Below are positions 1 through 12,956 of a stretch of 64,000 nucleotides of DNA, piece after piece. Origin of the DNA: Candidatus Gottesmanbacteria bacterium (GTDB lineage Bacteria > Patescibacteriota > Microgenomatia > 2-02-FULL-39-11); NCBI GenBank assembly GCA_016186795.1, contig JACPKY010000002.1, forward strand, positions 90,593 to 154,592, in the 5' to 3' direction. Below the pieces are notes generated by a model. It worked only from the letters and a program-made list of their open reading frames with translations, was not told the origin of the DNA and did no database searches. The position numbers were made by a program, and so were the translations under genes. Within the stretch, counting starts at the first letter, position 1. Each line of letters begins with the position of its first letter.

Positions 1-57
1 TTCTCTTTCGACAAACGTTGTTGATCTCCAAGTAGTTTTAGGTGTAGGATTCACTCA

Positions 58-246
58 ATGATACTTCTTATTGCAGTCATCGTTATTTTTGTTGTTTCTT
101 TCTTTCTTGCATACAAAGCTATGAAAAAGGAGCTGGGAACCCCCCCAGAGGTTGAGAATTTAAAGATTTCCAGGAAAAAAAATATCGGCGGAGTTATACT
201 CTTTCTGAAAAAAAAGATTATCCACTATTCTTCTGATACTTCTTGA
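58..246 (+). CDS. Small membrane-anchored hypothetical protein
   Basis: 62-aa ORF with an N-terminal hydrophobic helix; -10-like TAGGAT at 45-50 just upstream. Confidence 0.6.
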   Translation: MILLIAVIVIFVVSFFLAYKAMKKELGTPPEVENLKISRKKNIGGVILFLKKKIIHYSSDTS

Positions 247-932
247 TTTTCTTCTTCAGTTCCACTATTTTCTTGATCCCGAAGTCCCGCATTTACCCGA
301 AGATCGGCAAGGGAAGTGGTAAATGTTGGTTGGGTTGAAAATCGTTTGCCGCGCTTGATCTCGCGAATGAAAATTGAGACGTTTCTCTTCTCGACATTTT
401 TAATACATACCTGATATGTATTTCCTGCCTGAAGGAATCTGAGGAGTCGAAAGGAAATATCATCAGGGAGTGCACCGATATACGTATTGTCTCCATCTCG
501 AACTTCAATCGAATGTTTTTTTGGACAAAGCGAAACAATATCGCCGATATCAAGATGGGAGGTAAAATTTGCTGGTGCGATATTTATAAGGTGCACTGTT
601 TTTGTTTTCCCTGGCTCTTCAATAAATAGTCCCGGCGAGAGTGAATTGTGTTGAGATTTTTTGCGATTACCACGCTTTTTCGTTTTGAAAAGCGTATTAA
701 TTCGCTCAAGATTTTTTTGGGCGATGAGATTGTATTTATCAAGAGCAAGTATTTTTCGGTACAAGCGTCTCGCCTCCTCAAGCTCTCCAAGTTGAGTATA
801 CGCATATCCGAGTCTATTTAATGTACTGATGTCGTTTTTATTGTCTTTGAGAATTTCTTGGTTTAATTCGATTGCCTTTTCCCAATCATGAGTTAAAGCG
901 GCTTGGATTGCGATTGAAGTTGAATCGTGCAT
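225..932 (-). CDS. TPR-repeat protein with a C-terminal HIRAN-like beta domain
   Basis: TPR pattern (TLNRLGYAYTQLGELEEARRLYRKILALD); C-terminal SIEVRD..YIGALP motif resembles HIRAN. Confidence 0.7.
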   Translation of the reverse strand: MHDSTSIAIQAALTHDWEKAIELNQEILKDNKNDISTLNRLGYAYTQLGELEEARRLYRKILALDKYNLIAQKNLERINTLFKTKKRGNRKKSQHNSLSPGLFIEEPGKTKTVHLINIAPANFTSHLDIGDIVSLCPKKHSIEVRDGDNTYIGALPDDISFRLLRFLQAGNTYQVCIKNVEKRNVSIFIREIKRGKRFSTQPTFTTSLADLRVNAGLRDQENSGTEEENQEVSEE

Positions 933-1023
933 GACTACAATCTTATTTCGGAGAGTAAAAAATATAGAGGTAGTTTACGGATCGAGTTGAGAAAAGTCAA
1001 GGGGGAAGATATAATGTGACCGC

Positions 1024-1767
1024 ATGTCTGGACACTCAAAATGGTCAAAGGTAAAACATCAAAAGGAACAAACTGATAGTGTAAAGGCGAAGATTTTTAC
1101 CAAAATGACCAACGCAATTATTATCGCAGTCCGTCAGGGTGGGGGAGTTACCGACCCAATTGCAAATGTCCGTCTCCGCCTTGCTATCGATCGTGCTCGG
1201 TTGGCAAACATGCCAAAAGACAAGATCGAGAGGGCACTTCAAAGAGGAAAAGGGGAAGGTGCAGAAGGGGAAGTTGAGGAGGCAATCTATGAGGCGTTTG
1301 GTCCGGGAGGTGTTGGGATAATCATTGAGGCAGTCACAAATAATAAACAGCGGACAGTTGCGGGAATTAAAAACGTTTTGGATCATGAAGGAGGAAACTT
1401 AGCGCAAAGCGGGTCTGTTGCACATATGTTTGAACTCGTAGGTCTTATTCGGGTTTTAGAGCAGGGAAAAACGAGTGATGAAATTATGGAGGCGGCAATT
1501 GACGGTGGCGCGATTGACATCGATACCGAAGGAGAAGAGAACGATATCTATACCCAAGCCTCAAAACTTCATGAGGTGAAAGAAACTATTTCCGCACGTG
1601 GTATTTCCATATCCTCAAGCGAATTGTATTACCGACCCAAAATAGTTGTTCCGGTTACTAACAAAGAAACAGCTAGCAAGCTTTTGCGGCTTTTAACGAA
1701 TCTTGAGGAATTAGAAGATGTTCATACGGTATTTGCGAATTTTGATATTCCAAACGAGTTTCTGTAG
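1024..1767 (+). CDS. yebC: YebC/PmpR family protein
   Basis: MSGHSKW start, YEAFGPGG, TNNKQRT, EDVHTVFANF end. Confidence 0.95.
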   Translation: MSGHSKWSKVKHQKEQTDSVKAKIFTKMTNAIIIAVRQGGGVTDPIANVRLRLAIDRARLANMPKDKIERALQRGKGEGAEGEVEEAIYEAFGPGGVGIIIEAVTNNKQRTVAGIKNVLDHEGGNLAQSGSVAHMFELVGLIRVLEQGKTSDEIMEAAIDGGAIDIDTEGEENDIYTQASKLHEVKETISARGISISSSELYYRPKIVVPVTNKETASKLLRLLTNLEELEDVHTVFANFDIPNEFL

Positions 1768-1778
1768 AGTTTTGGACA

Positions 1779-2597
1779 ATGACAAAATTACACCTGTTTT
1801 TTCGCAGAAACATTCGGTTTTATCTTCATCTTGATAAAACTCAGCGTTTTGCCATTCAAACGGTATTTCTAACTGCCGGAATTCTTTTAACACAGCTTAT
1901 CTGGGATGATTATCGTTTCCTTATGGTTGGGATACTCGCCGTTTGTGCATACGCGCTAACCATTTGGTCGCTTTCCGAGGATATTAAGGGGATAGAGTGG
2001 CTCATGCTTTTTATTCTCCCGGTTCTTTTTACTTTCTCGGTTTCTCTTTTTTATTTTTTGCTTCCTGCAAGGTGGATTATACGACTTTCAACAACCACCA
2101 TTTTTGCAATCGGGACGTATGCGATACTCAAAGCAGTCAACATTTATAATGTTGCAGTGAATCGATCCATTCCGCTCCTTCGCGTTGCTCAAACAAGTGG
2201 GCTTCTCATTACGTTGGTTGTGGTTTTTTTGGTTAGTAATATTGTTCTTTCCCTCAAGATGCCCTTTTGGGCAAACTCAATCGTCGTCTTTCCTCTCATC
2301 TTTCTTCTTTCGCTCCAGTCATTCTGGTCAATTACGCTTGAAAATCATATTTCGCGAAATCTTTTGATGAACAGTCTTCTTGTTGCAGTGATTGTAGGGG
2401 AGGAGAGTATAGCTCTTTCATTTTGGCCACTCCAATTATCCACGGCCTCACTTTTTTTTGCCGCAACGTATTATGCCGTTACCGGTATTATTCAGCAGCA
2501 TCTTCAAGGACGGTTGTTTCGAAATACCATTCGGGAATACATTTTCGCATTCATCATCGCCTTTGCCCTTCTTCTCTTAACATCGTCATGGGGATAA
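1779..2597 (+). CDS. Multi-pass membrane protein of unknown function
   Basis: 272 aa, many hydrophobic helices, directly downstream of yebC. Confidence 0.75.
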   Translation: MTKLHLFFRRNIRFYLHLDKTQRFAIQTVFLTAGILLTQLIWDDYRFLMVGILAVCAYALTIWSLSEDIKGIEWLMLFILPVLFTFSVSLFYFLLPARWIIRLSTTTIFAIGTYAILKAVNIYNVAVNRSIPLLRVAQTSGLLITLVVVFLVSNIVLSLKMPFWANSIVVFPLIFLLSLQSFWSITLENHISRNLLMNSLLVAVIVGEESIALSFWPLQLSTASLFFAATYYAVTGIIQQHLQGRLFRNTIREYIFAFIIAFALLLLTSSWG

Positions 2598-2707
2598 TTA
2601 ACAATATCAAGTATCAAACCTTTGATGGAGGAGAGGGGAGAGAGTTTACCAGGGGCAGGCAAAGCCTATTAGTATGTGTCCTATAGTAATATAAATCCAT
2701 TGTGGAT

Positions 2708-2743
2708 AGTTTTCACGAAAAATAGATGTCAGTTTTCACGAAA
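2708..2743. repeat. 13-bp direct repeat AGTTTTCACGAAA x2
   Basis: Exact copies at 2708-2720 and 2731-2743. Confidence 0.7.
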
Positions 2744-2853
2744 TGAAGAGCACAATCTGGCTTCAGTTGATATAGTTTGGATCACTTCTACTCCTTCGTT
2801 CCTTTCTCATATCACCACCTAAATTCGATATGTATAGCAAGAATCGTAAGAAG

Positions 2854-3128
2854 AATTAGCCTCAAAAACAAGGGTTTATGCTTATACAAAGCTCCATATA
2901 TCAATTATATATCCATGTCGCCCTACCAAACCCGAGCACTTCAGGCAACAGAGTGACAAATATATTTATTTCCTCATTCGAGAATAAGTAGCTTCGAAAA
3001 GTGTTATTGCCCTCTCGAGGAGGGATTGCAGAGCATAATTAGCCTCAAAAATAACATCATAGCTTACTATAACGCTCTATTTATGAATGATCGCGGACAA
3101 CGTGATCTTCAATAATTTAGCCACAAAA
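2854..3128. repeat. Dispersed direct repeat AATTAGCCTCAAAAA
   Basis: Exact 15-mers at 2854-2868 and 3037-3051; degenerate copy at 3114-3128 and another near 3698. Confidence 0.7.
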
Positions 3129-3403
3129 TTATTAATTTAGAGCTTTATGATGGGCCAAAGTAGGGTGGTGTAAGAAAACCCGAAGCACGCTTATTTTCCC
3201 GTATATTCCTCATCGCTTCTTGGTAAGCGTAAGTGATAATCACCAATACAAAATTATAATCTCTTTACAGTTGATTACGTAATCGTTGCGGAGTGATCCC
3301 GGACGTACTACACTCTTCTGCCAGTTCTTTTCCACGGATCCCTTCCTTGTTTAGAAAAAAATAGAAAAAAAGTAGAAGGAATATAGACGAGGAGTGGTAT
3401 ACA

Positions 3404-3435
3404 TAATGTCGTACAATGATGCTTTTGCGACATTA
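3404..3435. other. dif-like Xer recombination site
   Basis: TAATGTCGTACAA-tgatgc-TTTTGCGACATTA: 13-bp inverted arms (11/13 match), 6-bp spacer, about 340 bp upstream of the xer gene. Confidence 0.7.
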
Positions 3436-3778
3436 ATACGCACACGTACCGGGGAAGTGGTCATTTGTGTATTTGATTTACTTTGGCAAAATTCATCGTG
3501 GAAATTATTAGAAATTGACAGGAATGTAAATTTCAGTAATTTCGTTTTCCTCTCTTTGGAACTCTACTCATAAAAATGCCGAAAACAGGTCCTGCAAAAC
3601 GGGATTGTTGGTGAAAGTTGATGTGCGTATTGGGAGTAGACATAAAATATTCAGGTGGTACGACAATCACCCTTCCTAGGGCACTATAGAGGCTTGCATT
3701 TAGCCTCGGAAATCTGGACATGGGAATTGATTTATTCGATGTCGCAAAATGTCACATGATGTGATAGAGTGAAAATAT

Positions 3779-4705
3779 ATGGATCTTATCGAGGCAGTCA
3801 ATCAGTTTCTAGAATATATTGAATTGGAGAAAAATTGTTCCCGGTTGACTATCCGCAATTATCGCCATTATTTAGACAGATTTATTCAGTTTGGAGCTTC
3901 ACAATCGCCTTATCTATCACATACAGCCTCGGTAACTCCGGAAGTCATAAGGACGTACCGACTTTTTTTATCTCGATTTGTTGATGAAAAGGGAGTTCCT
4001 CTTCAGCGGATTACCCAAAACTATCATCTTATAGCCCTCAGGTCCATGCTGAGGTTCTTAGTAAGAAGAGGGACGAAAGTACTGAGCCCGGATCAAATTG
4101 AACTTGCAAAGGCAGAGAGTAGATCGCTCAAATTTTTGGACCGCGAACAGATGGATAGACTTCTAAACATGCCGGAAATTTCTACTCCTCAGGGGTTACG
4201 GGATAAAGCAATATTAGAAGTTCTTTTCAGTACCGGTCTTCGGGTGAGCGAACTTGTGCGGTTAAATCGGGACATGATCAATCTTGAGAGCGGTGAGTTT
4301 GGGGTGATTGGTAAAGGCGGTCGTCCGCGAGTAGTATTTTTGTCTGAATCTGCTCTCAGATGGTTAACTGACTATCTTTCCTCAAGAGAAGATGAGTACA
4401 AGCCGGTATTTATTCGTTATTCTGGAAAGACTCCGGAAGTATCAGTTGATGGGTTGGGGCTTCGTCTTTCAGCCCGTTCAATCCAGCGAATTGTCGAGAA
4501 ATATGTCAAAAAGGCACATTTGCCGTTGAAAATTACCCCTCATGGACTTCGTCACACATTTGCCACTGATCTTCTTTCAGGGGGTGCCGATCTTCGAGCA
4601 ATTCAGGAAATGCTCGGGCATAAAAATATATCAACGACTCAGATTTACACCCATGTGACCAATCCGCAACTCCGAGAAATCCATAAAAAATACCATAGGA
4701 AATGA
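3779..4705 (+). CDS. XerC/XerD-family tyrosine recombinase
   Basis: TGLRVSEL, GKGGRPR, HGLRHTFAT, LGHKNISTTQIYTH catalytic motifs. Confidence 0.93.
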   Translation: MDLIEAVNQFLEYIELEKNCSRLTIRNYRHYLDRFIQFGASQSPYLSHTASVTPEVIRTYRLFLSRFVDEKGVPLQRITQNYHLIALRSMLRFLVRRGTKVLSPDQIELAKAESRSLKFLDREQMDRLLNMPEISTPQGLRDKAILEVLFSTGLRVSELVRLNRDMINLESGEFGVIGKGGRPRVVFLSESALRWLTDYLSSREDEYKPVFIRYSGKTPEVSVDGLGLRLSARSIQRIVEKYVKKAHLPLKITPHGLRHTFATDLLSGGADLRAIQEMLGHKNISTTQIYTHVTNPQLREIHKKYHRK

Positions 4706-4708
4706 AGT

Positions 4709-5560
4709 TTAGATTTGATAAGAAGTAGCTTTCAGGACGTTTTCAAAAAGACAAGCAACATTTACTGGTCCAACTCCACCTGGTACCGGTGTATAAAACG
4801 CGACGATATCTCTTATTTTCTCCTCGTTATAATCTGGATAGAGTTTCTGATTTTCCGCATGGAGGCCGACACCTATTAATATGGTTTTCAATGAGACCAT
4901 TTCACGTCGTACAATGTTTGGTTTCCCGACACAACTGACAATAATATCTGATTGTTTTGCAGTTTCATCCATATTTTTTGATTGACTATGAGCAATAGTT
5001 ACCACGGCTCCTACGTTTTTCAATTTTTCTGCAATTGGTTCCCCAGCTGTCTCTCCCCTACCGATAACGAGGACATGCTGTTTTCTTATCCATGACTCAA
5101 AAGAGATACTTGATTTTCCTTCTTTCGCGCTCGTCTCAAAGACATGTCGAAGTATTGCAAGCGTTGCGTTAGCGATTGGCGGTGTAAAACGTGATTGTGG
5201 ATGGAAGCCGTCAACGTCTTTTTCTGGTGGTACCATCTCATTGAGTATTTTTTTATCTATCGGAAGCGGCACAGGGCGTTGAATAATAGCACCGTGAATT
5301 TCCTTTTTGTGAACGAAAGAATTGACTTGGTGGAGGAAGCTTTTCGTATCTGTGGAGGCAGAAAAATGATAGATAGTGACTTTTACCCCGAGTTTTTGTC
5401 CATACTTTTCTTTTTGGTTGACATATACCATGGAGGAAGAGTCATTTCCAACAAGGATTACTGCTAAATGCGGGCGAATGTGTTGCTGCAAAAGTTTCGC
5501 GACCGTTTCCTTTTGCATTTCCAGAATATGGTGTGCTATCAGTCTTCCATCGATTTTCAT
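4709..5560 (-). CDS. folD: Methylenetetrahydrofolate dehydrogenase/cyclohydrolase
   Basis: KIDGR start, YVNQK, KDVDGFHP, TPVPGGVGP. Confidence 0.92.
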   Translation of the reverse strand: MKIDGRLIAHHILEMQKETVAKLLQQHIRPHLAVILVGNDSSSMVYVNQKEKYGQKLGVKVTIYHFSASTDTKSFLHQVNSFVHKKEIHGAIIQRPVPLPIDKKILNEMVPPEKDVDGFHPQSRFTPPIANATLAILRHVFETSAKEGKSSISFESWIRKQHVLVIGRGETAGEPIAEKLKNVGAVVTIAHSQSKNMDETAKQSDIIVSCVGKPNIVRREMVSLKTILIGVGLHAENQKLYPDYNEEKIRDIVAFYTPVPGGVGPVNVACLFENVLKATSYQI

Positions 5561-5569
5561 GAGTACATC

Positions 5570-8053
5570 CTATCCGAGACATGTAGTAGCTGCAACGGCA
5601 TCCCCTTGATGGGAAAATCGCATCAGGATAACACCTTGAGTAGTTCGAGAAAGCCGTGGGACTGAGGTAATCGGCAGTTTTACCACTTGTCCTTTCACAG
5701 ATGTAAGAACAAGATTTTGACAATCCGTTGGGATAAGTTGGGCACTAATGACTTTTCCAGTTTTCGCAGTTACGTCAGCAACTTTCACTCCCTGTCCGCC
5801 TCTATGTTGCCTGGGGAAATTCGATACAGGAGTTTTTTTACCCAAACCCTTTTCCATGATTGTCAAAAAGTCTGCTTGTTGCTCACCCTTTCCTATAATT
5901 TCCATTGCGACAAGATAATCATCTTTTCCCATAAGGATTCCCCGGACACCCATCGTATCTCTTCCTGTGGGACGTACTTCTTTTTCTGGACATTTAATTG
6001 ATTTCCCTTCGTGGGTTACCACGAGAATATCATCTTCTCCGGTTGAAAGTCGTGCCCATCTAAGTTCATCTCCGGCTTCAAGTTTTATTGCAACCAGTCC
6101 ATTTCTTCGAATGTGTTCATACTCTTTCAGCCGAGATTTTTTGACCGTTCCCCGCTTTGTTCCCATGACAATATAGGAGTATTTGCGGCTTTCCTCTCCC
6201 TTCAGTGCATACGTTAAGACCGACGTTACGAGCTCATTTTGATCGATGTTAATAAGATTAATGATTGCTTGACCTTTACTGATACGTGTTCCCTCAGGAA
6301 GATCCCAGACCCGAAGTTGATAGACTTTCCCTTTATTGGTAAAAATCAGAAGATTATCGTGTGTATAAGCAGAAAGGAAGAGTTCAATCGTGTCTTCTTC
6401 TTTGGTGGTAATACCAATAACTCCTTTTCCTCCGCGTGCTTGTACTTTAAACGATGAAGGAGATTGACGTTTCACATAGCCACTTTTGGTCATCACAATG
6501 ACTGTTTCCTCGTTTTGAATGAGCTCTTCATCGGAAAATTCTCCCACCTTTGATTTGTACACACGCGTTCGGCGTTCATCGCCGTATTTCTCTTTCAGCT
6601 TGACTAGCTCATCTTTTATAACTGCCATGATTTTTGCAGGATTGGCAAGGAGACCTTCAAGGTACTCAATGGTTTCCCGAAGCATGGCGAGCTCATCCTC
6701 GATTTTTTGCCGCTCAAGTGCAGCTAACCTTTTCAACTGCATGTCCAAAATCGCTTGTGACTGAATTTCGGTTAAACCAAATTTTTGTATGAGCTTTCCT
6801 CTTGCATCATCAACGTCCTTGGCTTTTTTGATTATTTCGACAACTTCATCGATATGGTCAACCGCAATTTTTAACCCTTCAAGGATATGGGCGCGGAGTT
6901 TCGCTTCTCGCAGTTCAAACTCACTTCTTCTGCGAATAACGTTGTGGCGATGTTTCAGGTATTCCTCAAGAATCATTTTGAGTGTCATCGTCTGAGGAGT
7001 TTTATCAACGAGAGCGACTATGTTTACTGCAAAAACAGTTTGAATCTCTGTGTGCTTATAAAGATTATTGAGGACTTTTCGTGGGACTGAATCACGTTTC
7101 AGTTCGATTACAACCCGGATTCCGCGCCTGTCAGATTCGTCTCTCAAGTCTGAAATCCCTTCGATCTTTTTGTCTTTTACAAGATCAGCAATCCGCATAA
7201 TAAGTTGTGCCTTGTTCACCTGGTATGGAAGTTCTGTTAGAATGATTGCAGATTTTCCACCTCCCATTTCTTCTATTTCAGCTTTCCCCCGAACGACAAT
7301 TTTTCCTCGACCTGTTGCATACGCATTTTTGATTTCTTCGATATCGTAGATAAGGCCTGCTGTTGGAAAATCCGGTCCTTGGATATACTTCATGATTTCT
7401 TCAAGAGTGGCATCTACATGCATCTTTTTCGCTCCTTGATCATCGGCAACAAAGGTGGTTTTTCCAATTAGAAATATAAGGGCATCGCAAACTTCGGAAA
7501 GATTATGCGGAGGGATTTTGGTGGCCATGCCAACTGCAATGCCATCTCCTCCCATGAGGAGAAGGTTAGGGAGTTTTGCAGGCAACCATACTGGTTCTTT
7601 GAGAGTACCGTCAAAATTTGGAATGAACTCAACCGTTTCTTTCTCAATATCGATAAGAACTTCTTCGGCAATTTTGGAGAGTTTAACTTCCGTGTACCGC
7701 ATGGCCGCCGGTGGATCACCATCGATTGAGCCAAAATTTCCTTGACCCGAAATCAAGGGATACCGCATAGAGAATTCCTGTGCCAGGCGTACAAGCGCAT
7801 CATAGACAGGCATATCTCCATGAGGATGATATTTTCCCAAGACTTCTCCGACAACTTTTGCCGATTTGGTGTGTTTCCCGGTATAGTGGAGTCCTAATTG
7901 ATGCATGGCATAGAGGATTCTCCGATGGACTGGTTTCAGACCATCCCGAACATCAGGAAGTGCCCGAGCAACGATGACACTCATCGCGTAGTCGAGATAG
8001 CTTCGTTGCATCTCATCAGTGATTCCTGTTGGTTGAAGTTTTCCGATAGACAT
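5570..8053 (-). CDS. gyrA: DNA gyrase subunit A
   Basis: [29 protein letters not shown], GyrA-box-like QARGGKG. Confidence 0.97.
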   Translation of the reverse strand: MSIGKLQPTGITDEMQRSYLDYAMSVIVARALPDVRDGLKPVHRRILYAMHQLGLHYTGKHTKSAKVVGEVLGKYHPHGDMPVYDALVRLAQEFSMRYPLISGQGNFGSIDGDPPAAMRYTEVKLSKIAEEVLIDIEKETVEFIPNFDGTLKEPVWLPAKLPNLLLMGGDGIAVGMATKIPPHNLSEVCDALIFLIGKTTFVADDQGAKKMHVDATLEEIMKYIQGPDFPTAGLIYDIEEIKNAYATGRGKIVVRGKAEIEEMGGGKSAIILTELPYQVNKAQLIMRIADLVKDKKIEGISDLRDESDRRGIRVVIELKRDSVPRKVLNNLYKHTEIQTVFAVNIVALVDKTPQTMTLKMILEEYLKHRHNVIRRRSEFELREAKLRAHILEGLKIAVDHIDEVVEIIKKAKDVDDARGKLIQKFGLTEIQSQAILDMQLKRLAALERQKIEDELAMLRETIEYLEGLLANPAKIMAVIKDELVKLKEKYGDERRTRVYKSKVGEFSDEELIQNEETVIVMTKSGYVKRQSPSSFKVQARGGKGVIGITTKEEDTIELFLSAYTHDNLLIFTNKGKVYQLRVWDLPEGTRISKGQAIINLINIDQNELVTSVLTYALKGEESRKYSYIVMGTKRGTVKKSRLKEYEHIRRNGLVAIKLEAGDELRWARLSTGEDDILVVTHEGKSIKCPEKEVRPTGRDTMGVRGILMGKDDYLVAMEIIGKGEQQADFLTIMEKGLGKKTPVSNFPRQHRGGQGVKVADVTAKTGKVISAQLIPTDCQNLVLTSVKGQVVKLPITSVPRLSRTTQGVILMRFSHQGDAVAATTCLG

Positions 8054-8062
8054 TTTGAATTT

Positions 8063-10096
8063 TTATCGTATGCTTCCAGCAATGAGAAGCGCTACAATAT
8101 TTGCTACTTTTATCATAGGATTTATCGCTGGTCCTGCTGTGTCTTTGTACGGATCTCCGACAGTATCTCCCGTGACCGCTGCTTGATGGGCTGGGCTTCC
8201 TTTTCCACCCAAAAATCCTTCCTCAATGTACTTTTTTGCATTGTCCCACGCTGCTCCACCCGTCGTCATTGATATGGCAACAAAGAGTCCTGTGACAATT
8301 GTTCCCACTAAGAGTCCTCCGAGAGCTTGGCTACCCAACACGAATCCTACAAGAATGGGTACCACAACAGGGATAAGTGCAGGGATAATCATTTCTTTCA
8401 AGGCTGATTTTGTGACAATATCGACAGCCCGTCCATACTCAGGTTTTGTTTTCCCTTGCATGATTCCTTTTATTTCCTTAAACTGTCGTCTTACCTCCTG
8501 AACCACAGATTCTGCAGTTCGTCCAACTGCCTCCATTGCCAGTGCACCAAAGATGTATGGAAGGGATGCACCAATAAGAAGTCCTACGATAACGAAGGGG
8601 TCTGAAAGAGAAAAATTCGAAACGGTGTCAACTGAAGCGGTTGTTAAAACTGAGAGTTCCTGTGTGTAGCTTGCAAAAAGAACCAATGCTGCAAGTCCTG
8701 CGGAACCGATTGCGTATGCTTTGGTTATCGCTTTTGTTGTATTCCCAACCGCATCGAGGCTATCAGTGACTTTTCTTACGCTTTCCGGCTGATTCGTCAT
8801 TTCAGCGATTCCACCTGCATTATCAGTTATGGGACCGAAAGCATCAATCGCCACGACAATGCCTGCAATTGACAGCATGGACATGGCAGATAGTGCAATA
8901 CCGTAAAGCCCGGAAAGCACAAAACTAATAAGTGTGGCACTTGCAATAAGAAGGACAGCAGGAAGTGTCGCTTTCATAGAAATAGCAAGACCTGCAATAA
9001 TATTTGTTCCATGTCCAGTGCTGGAGCTAGATGCGATCGTTTTTACTGGGCTATAACTTTTTGAGGTAAAATATTCAGTGATTGCAACCAGCCCAAAAGT
9101 AACAATAATTCCTATTATATTAGCAATGTATAAACTCCCAATCGAATAAAGTCCATTTTCTCCCATAATGAGGTACGTTATGGGATAGAGAGCAATAAGG
9201 CTCAAAACAGAGGCTACGATCAGTCCTTTATAAAGAGCCTGCATGATGTTTTTATTTCTCCCAAGACGCACAAATAACGTTCCAATAATTGATGCAATAT
9301 TGGCAAAAGCTCCAACAGCAAATGGGTAAAGAAGTGCATTGGGGTATGATGGAAATGTGAGATGACCAAGAATCATTACTGCAACGAGCGTAATGACATA
9401 CGTCTCAAAAAGATCTGCTGCCATTCCAGCATCATCGCCAACATTGTCTCCAACGAGATCCGCAATAACTCCAGGATTTCTTGGATCGTCTTCAGGGATG
9501 TTTTTTTCAATTTTCCCAACCATATCAGTGCCGACATCTGCTCCCTTTGTGTAGATTCCTCCTCCGAGTCGGGCAAATACTGAGATGAGTGATCCTCCAA
9601 ATCCCAAAGCAATGAGTGGTTGAATATTAGGAATAGTTTCTGTAGTAAGGGAGGTAAGAAGAAGATACATTCCAGAAACAGAAAAAAGCGCAAGTCCTGA
9701 TACCATAAGACCAGTGACCGATCCACCGTGAAATGCAACAGTGAGCGCATGCTGTAAACCACTTTTTGCAGCCTCTGCAGTTCTGACATTTGCTCGTACC
9801 GATATGCGCATACCCATATATCCTGCAAGAGCAGAACAGAACGCTCCGACCCCAAAGGCGATACTTGCGAGATATCCAAGGGTAAACCAAAGAAGAACAA
9901 CAATAGCAATGGCAATAACACCAACCGTTTTATATTGTCTATTCAAAAATGCGTATGCACCTTCTGAAATTGCATCAGATATCGAAGACATCTCAGGACT
10001 TCCTTTGGGAAGCTTCTCAATTCGAAGTGACAAGTAGATGGCATAGGCAACTGTGCAAATACTAGATAGAATTGCTACATGAGTGAGCGTAAACAT
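8063..10096 (-). CDS. hppA: Membrane ion-pumping pyrophosphatase, predicted K+-independent H+-PPase
   Basis: [32 protein letters not shown] (Lys determinant), [10 protein letters not shown]. Confidence 0.93.
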   Translation of the reverse strand: MFTLTHVAILSSICTVAYAIYLSLRIEKLPKGSPEMSSISDAISEGAYAFLNRQYKTVGVIAIAIVVLLWFTLGYLASIAFGVGAFCSALAGYMGMRISVRANVRTAEAAKSGLQHALTVAFHGGSVTGLMVSGLALFSVSGMYLLLTSLTTETIPNIQPLIALGFGGSLISVFARLGGGIYTKGADVGTDMVGKIEKNIPEDDPRNPGVIADLVGDNVGDDAGMAADLFETYVITLVAVMILGHLTFPSYPNALLYPFAVGAFANIASIIGTLFVRLGRNKNIMQALYKGLIVASVLSLIALYPITYLIMGENGLYSIGSLYIANIIGIIVTFGLVAITEYFTSKSYSPVKTIASSSSTGHGTNIIAGLAISMKATLPAVLLIASATLISFVLSGLYGIALSAMSMLSIAGIVVAIDAFGPITDNAGGIAEMTNQPESVRKVTDSLDAVGNTTKAITKAYAIGSAGLAALVLFASYTQELSVLTTASVDTVSNFSLSDPFVIVGLLIGASLPYIFGALAMEAVGRTAESVVQEVRRQFKEIKGIMQGKTKPEYGRAVDIVTKSALKEMIIPALIPVVVPILVGFVLGSQALGGLLVGTIVTGLFVAISMTTGGAAWDNAKKYIEEGFLGGKGSPAHQAAVTGDTVGDPYKDTAGPAINPMIKVANIVALLIAGSIR

Positions 10097-10109
10097 GGAC
10101 TCTCCTTCC

Positions 10110-12101
<1,992 letters not shown>

Positions 12102-12151
12102 TTATTATAGTCAGGTTTTTGCAATTTGGCAAGAGGAATGAAGGTAAAAGT

Positions 12152-12835
12152 CTAAGAAAACGACGATATCGAAATCTTAGGAAGCCCCATCAAAAACACA
12201 TCCATGGTCGCTTTAAAATTGATATTTCGCGCAAGATAGAGTCGGGCAGATTCTGCCCTTTTGATACTTTGCGCTGTTTCACGTTTTCCTAAAGGGAGCA
12301 TTCCCTTGGGAGATGAAAGATGCGTAGAAAGTGCGGAAATGAGCATTTCTATAAATTCAAGCGCCTCGCCACGCGAATTAATTTTTTCTTGAGAGTAGGC
12401 TACCCGTTTTCCTGGTGATGCAGTTAAGAGTGAGGAAAACTCTTTGGCAAACGTGGGGGTTACCTCATTTTCTTTCCGTGTTGGTCCTCGGATGACAATG
12501 CATCGAGAAACGATTGTTTCAAGAAGAAGATGGATATTTGATGTTGTTAAGACAATATGCGTCTTATTTGGTGGTTCTTCAAGAAGCTTCAAAAGAGCAT
12601 TCGCGGCTTCAAGTGTTGCCAATTCTGCTTTTTTTATTACGATGAGTCTCTCCCCTCCTCCGAGAGGCTTGAGTTTTGTTAACGCAATCAGTTTTCGCAC
12701 ATCCGCAATTCCAATAGAGGGATTTGGACTGATGGAATGAATATTAAATGGAAGAATTTCATATGTTTCCACGAGATGATCAAGATGTTTTTGCAAGAAT
12801 TCATCACGTACTGAGACAAGAAGATATGTTTGCAT
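12152..12835 (-). CDS. holB: DNA polymerase III delta-prime-like subunit (short form)
   Basis: SIGIADVR, ANALLKLLEEPP, TIVSRC. Confidence 0.8.
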   Translation of the reverse strand: MQTYLLVSVRDEFLQKHLDHLVETYEILPFNIHSISPNPSIGIADVRKLIALTKLKPLGGGERLIVIKKAELATLEAANALLKLLEEPPNKTHIVLTTSNIHLLLETIVSRCIVIRGPTRKENEVTPTFAKEFSSLLTASPGKRVAYSQEKINSRGEALEFIEMLISALSTHLSSPKGMLPLGKRETAQSIKRAESARLYLARNINFKATMDVFLMGLPKISISSFS

Positions 12836-12956
12836 TTATGATCATTCCAGACTGTAATTGGTGGCGGGTTTCTATTGACAATTATACAGGTAAAAAAGGA
12901 TAATGGAAATACCGGTGGATGAATGTACCGGAGTTTATTTGTTGTAGTTCCTGCCC

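Noticed and set aside
2598-3778. oriC or CRISPR array
   Set aside because: Only one imperfect DnaA-box-like 9-mer noticed (2701-2709) and no dnaA; repeats are few, short and irregularly spaced, with no cas genes
3779-4705. Prophage or integron integrase
   Set aside because: No phage genes, cassettes or IntI-type insertion; housekeeping context and Xer-like length
9376-9924. Long overlapping ORFs inside hppA (similarly 18648-19340 and 56109-56660)
   Set aside because: They overlap well-supported genes and show no recognisable motifs
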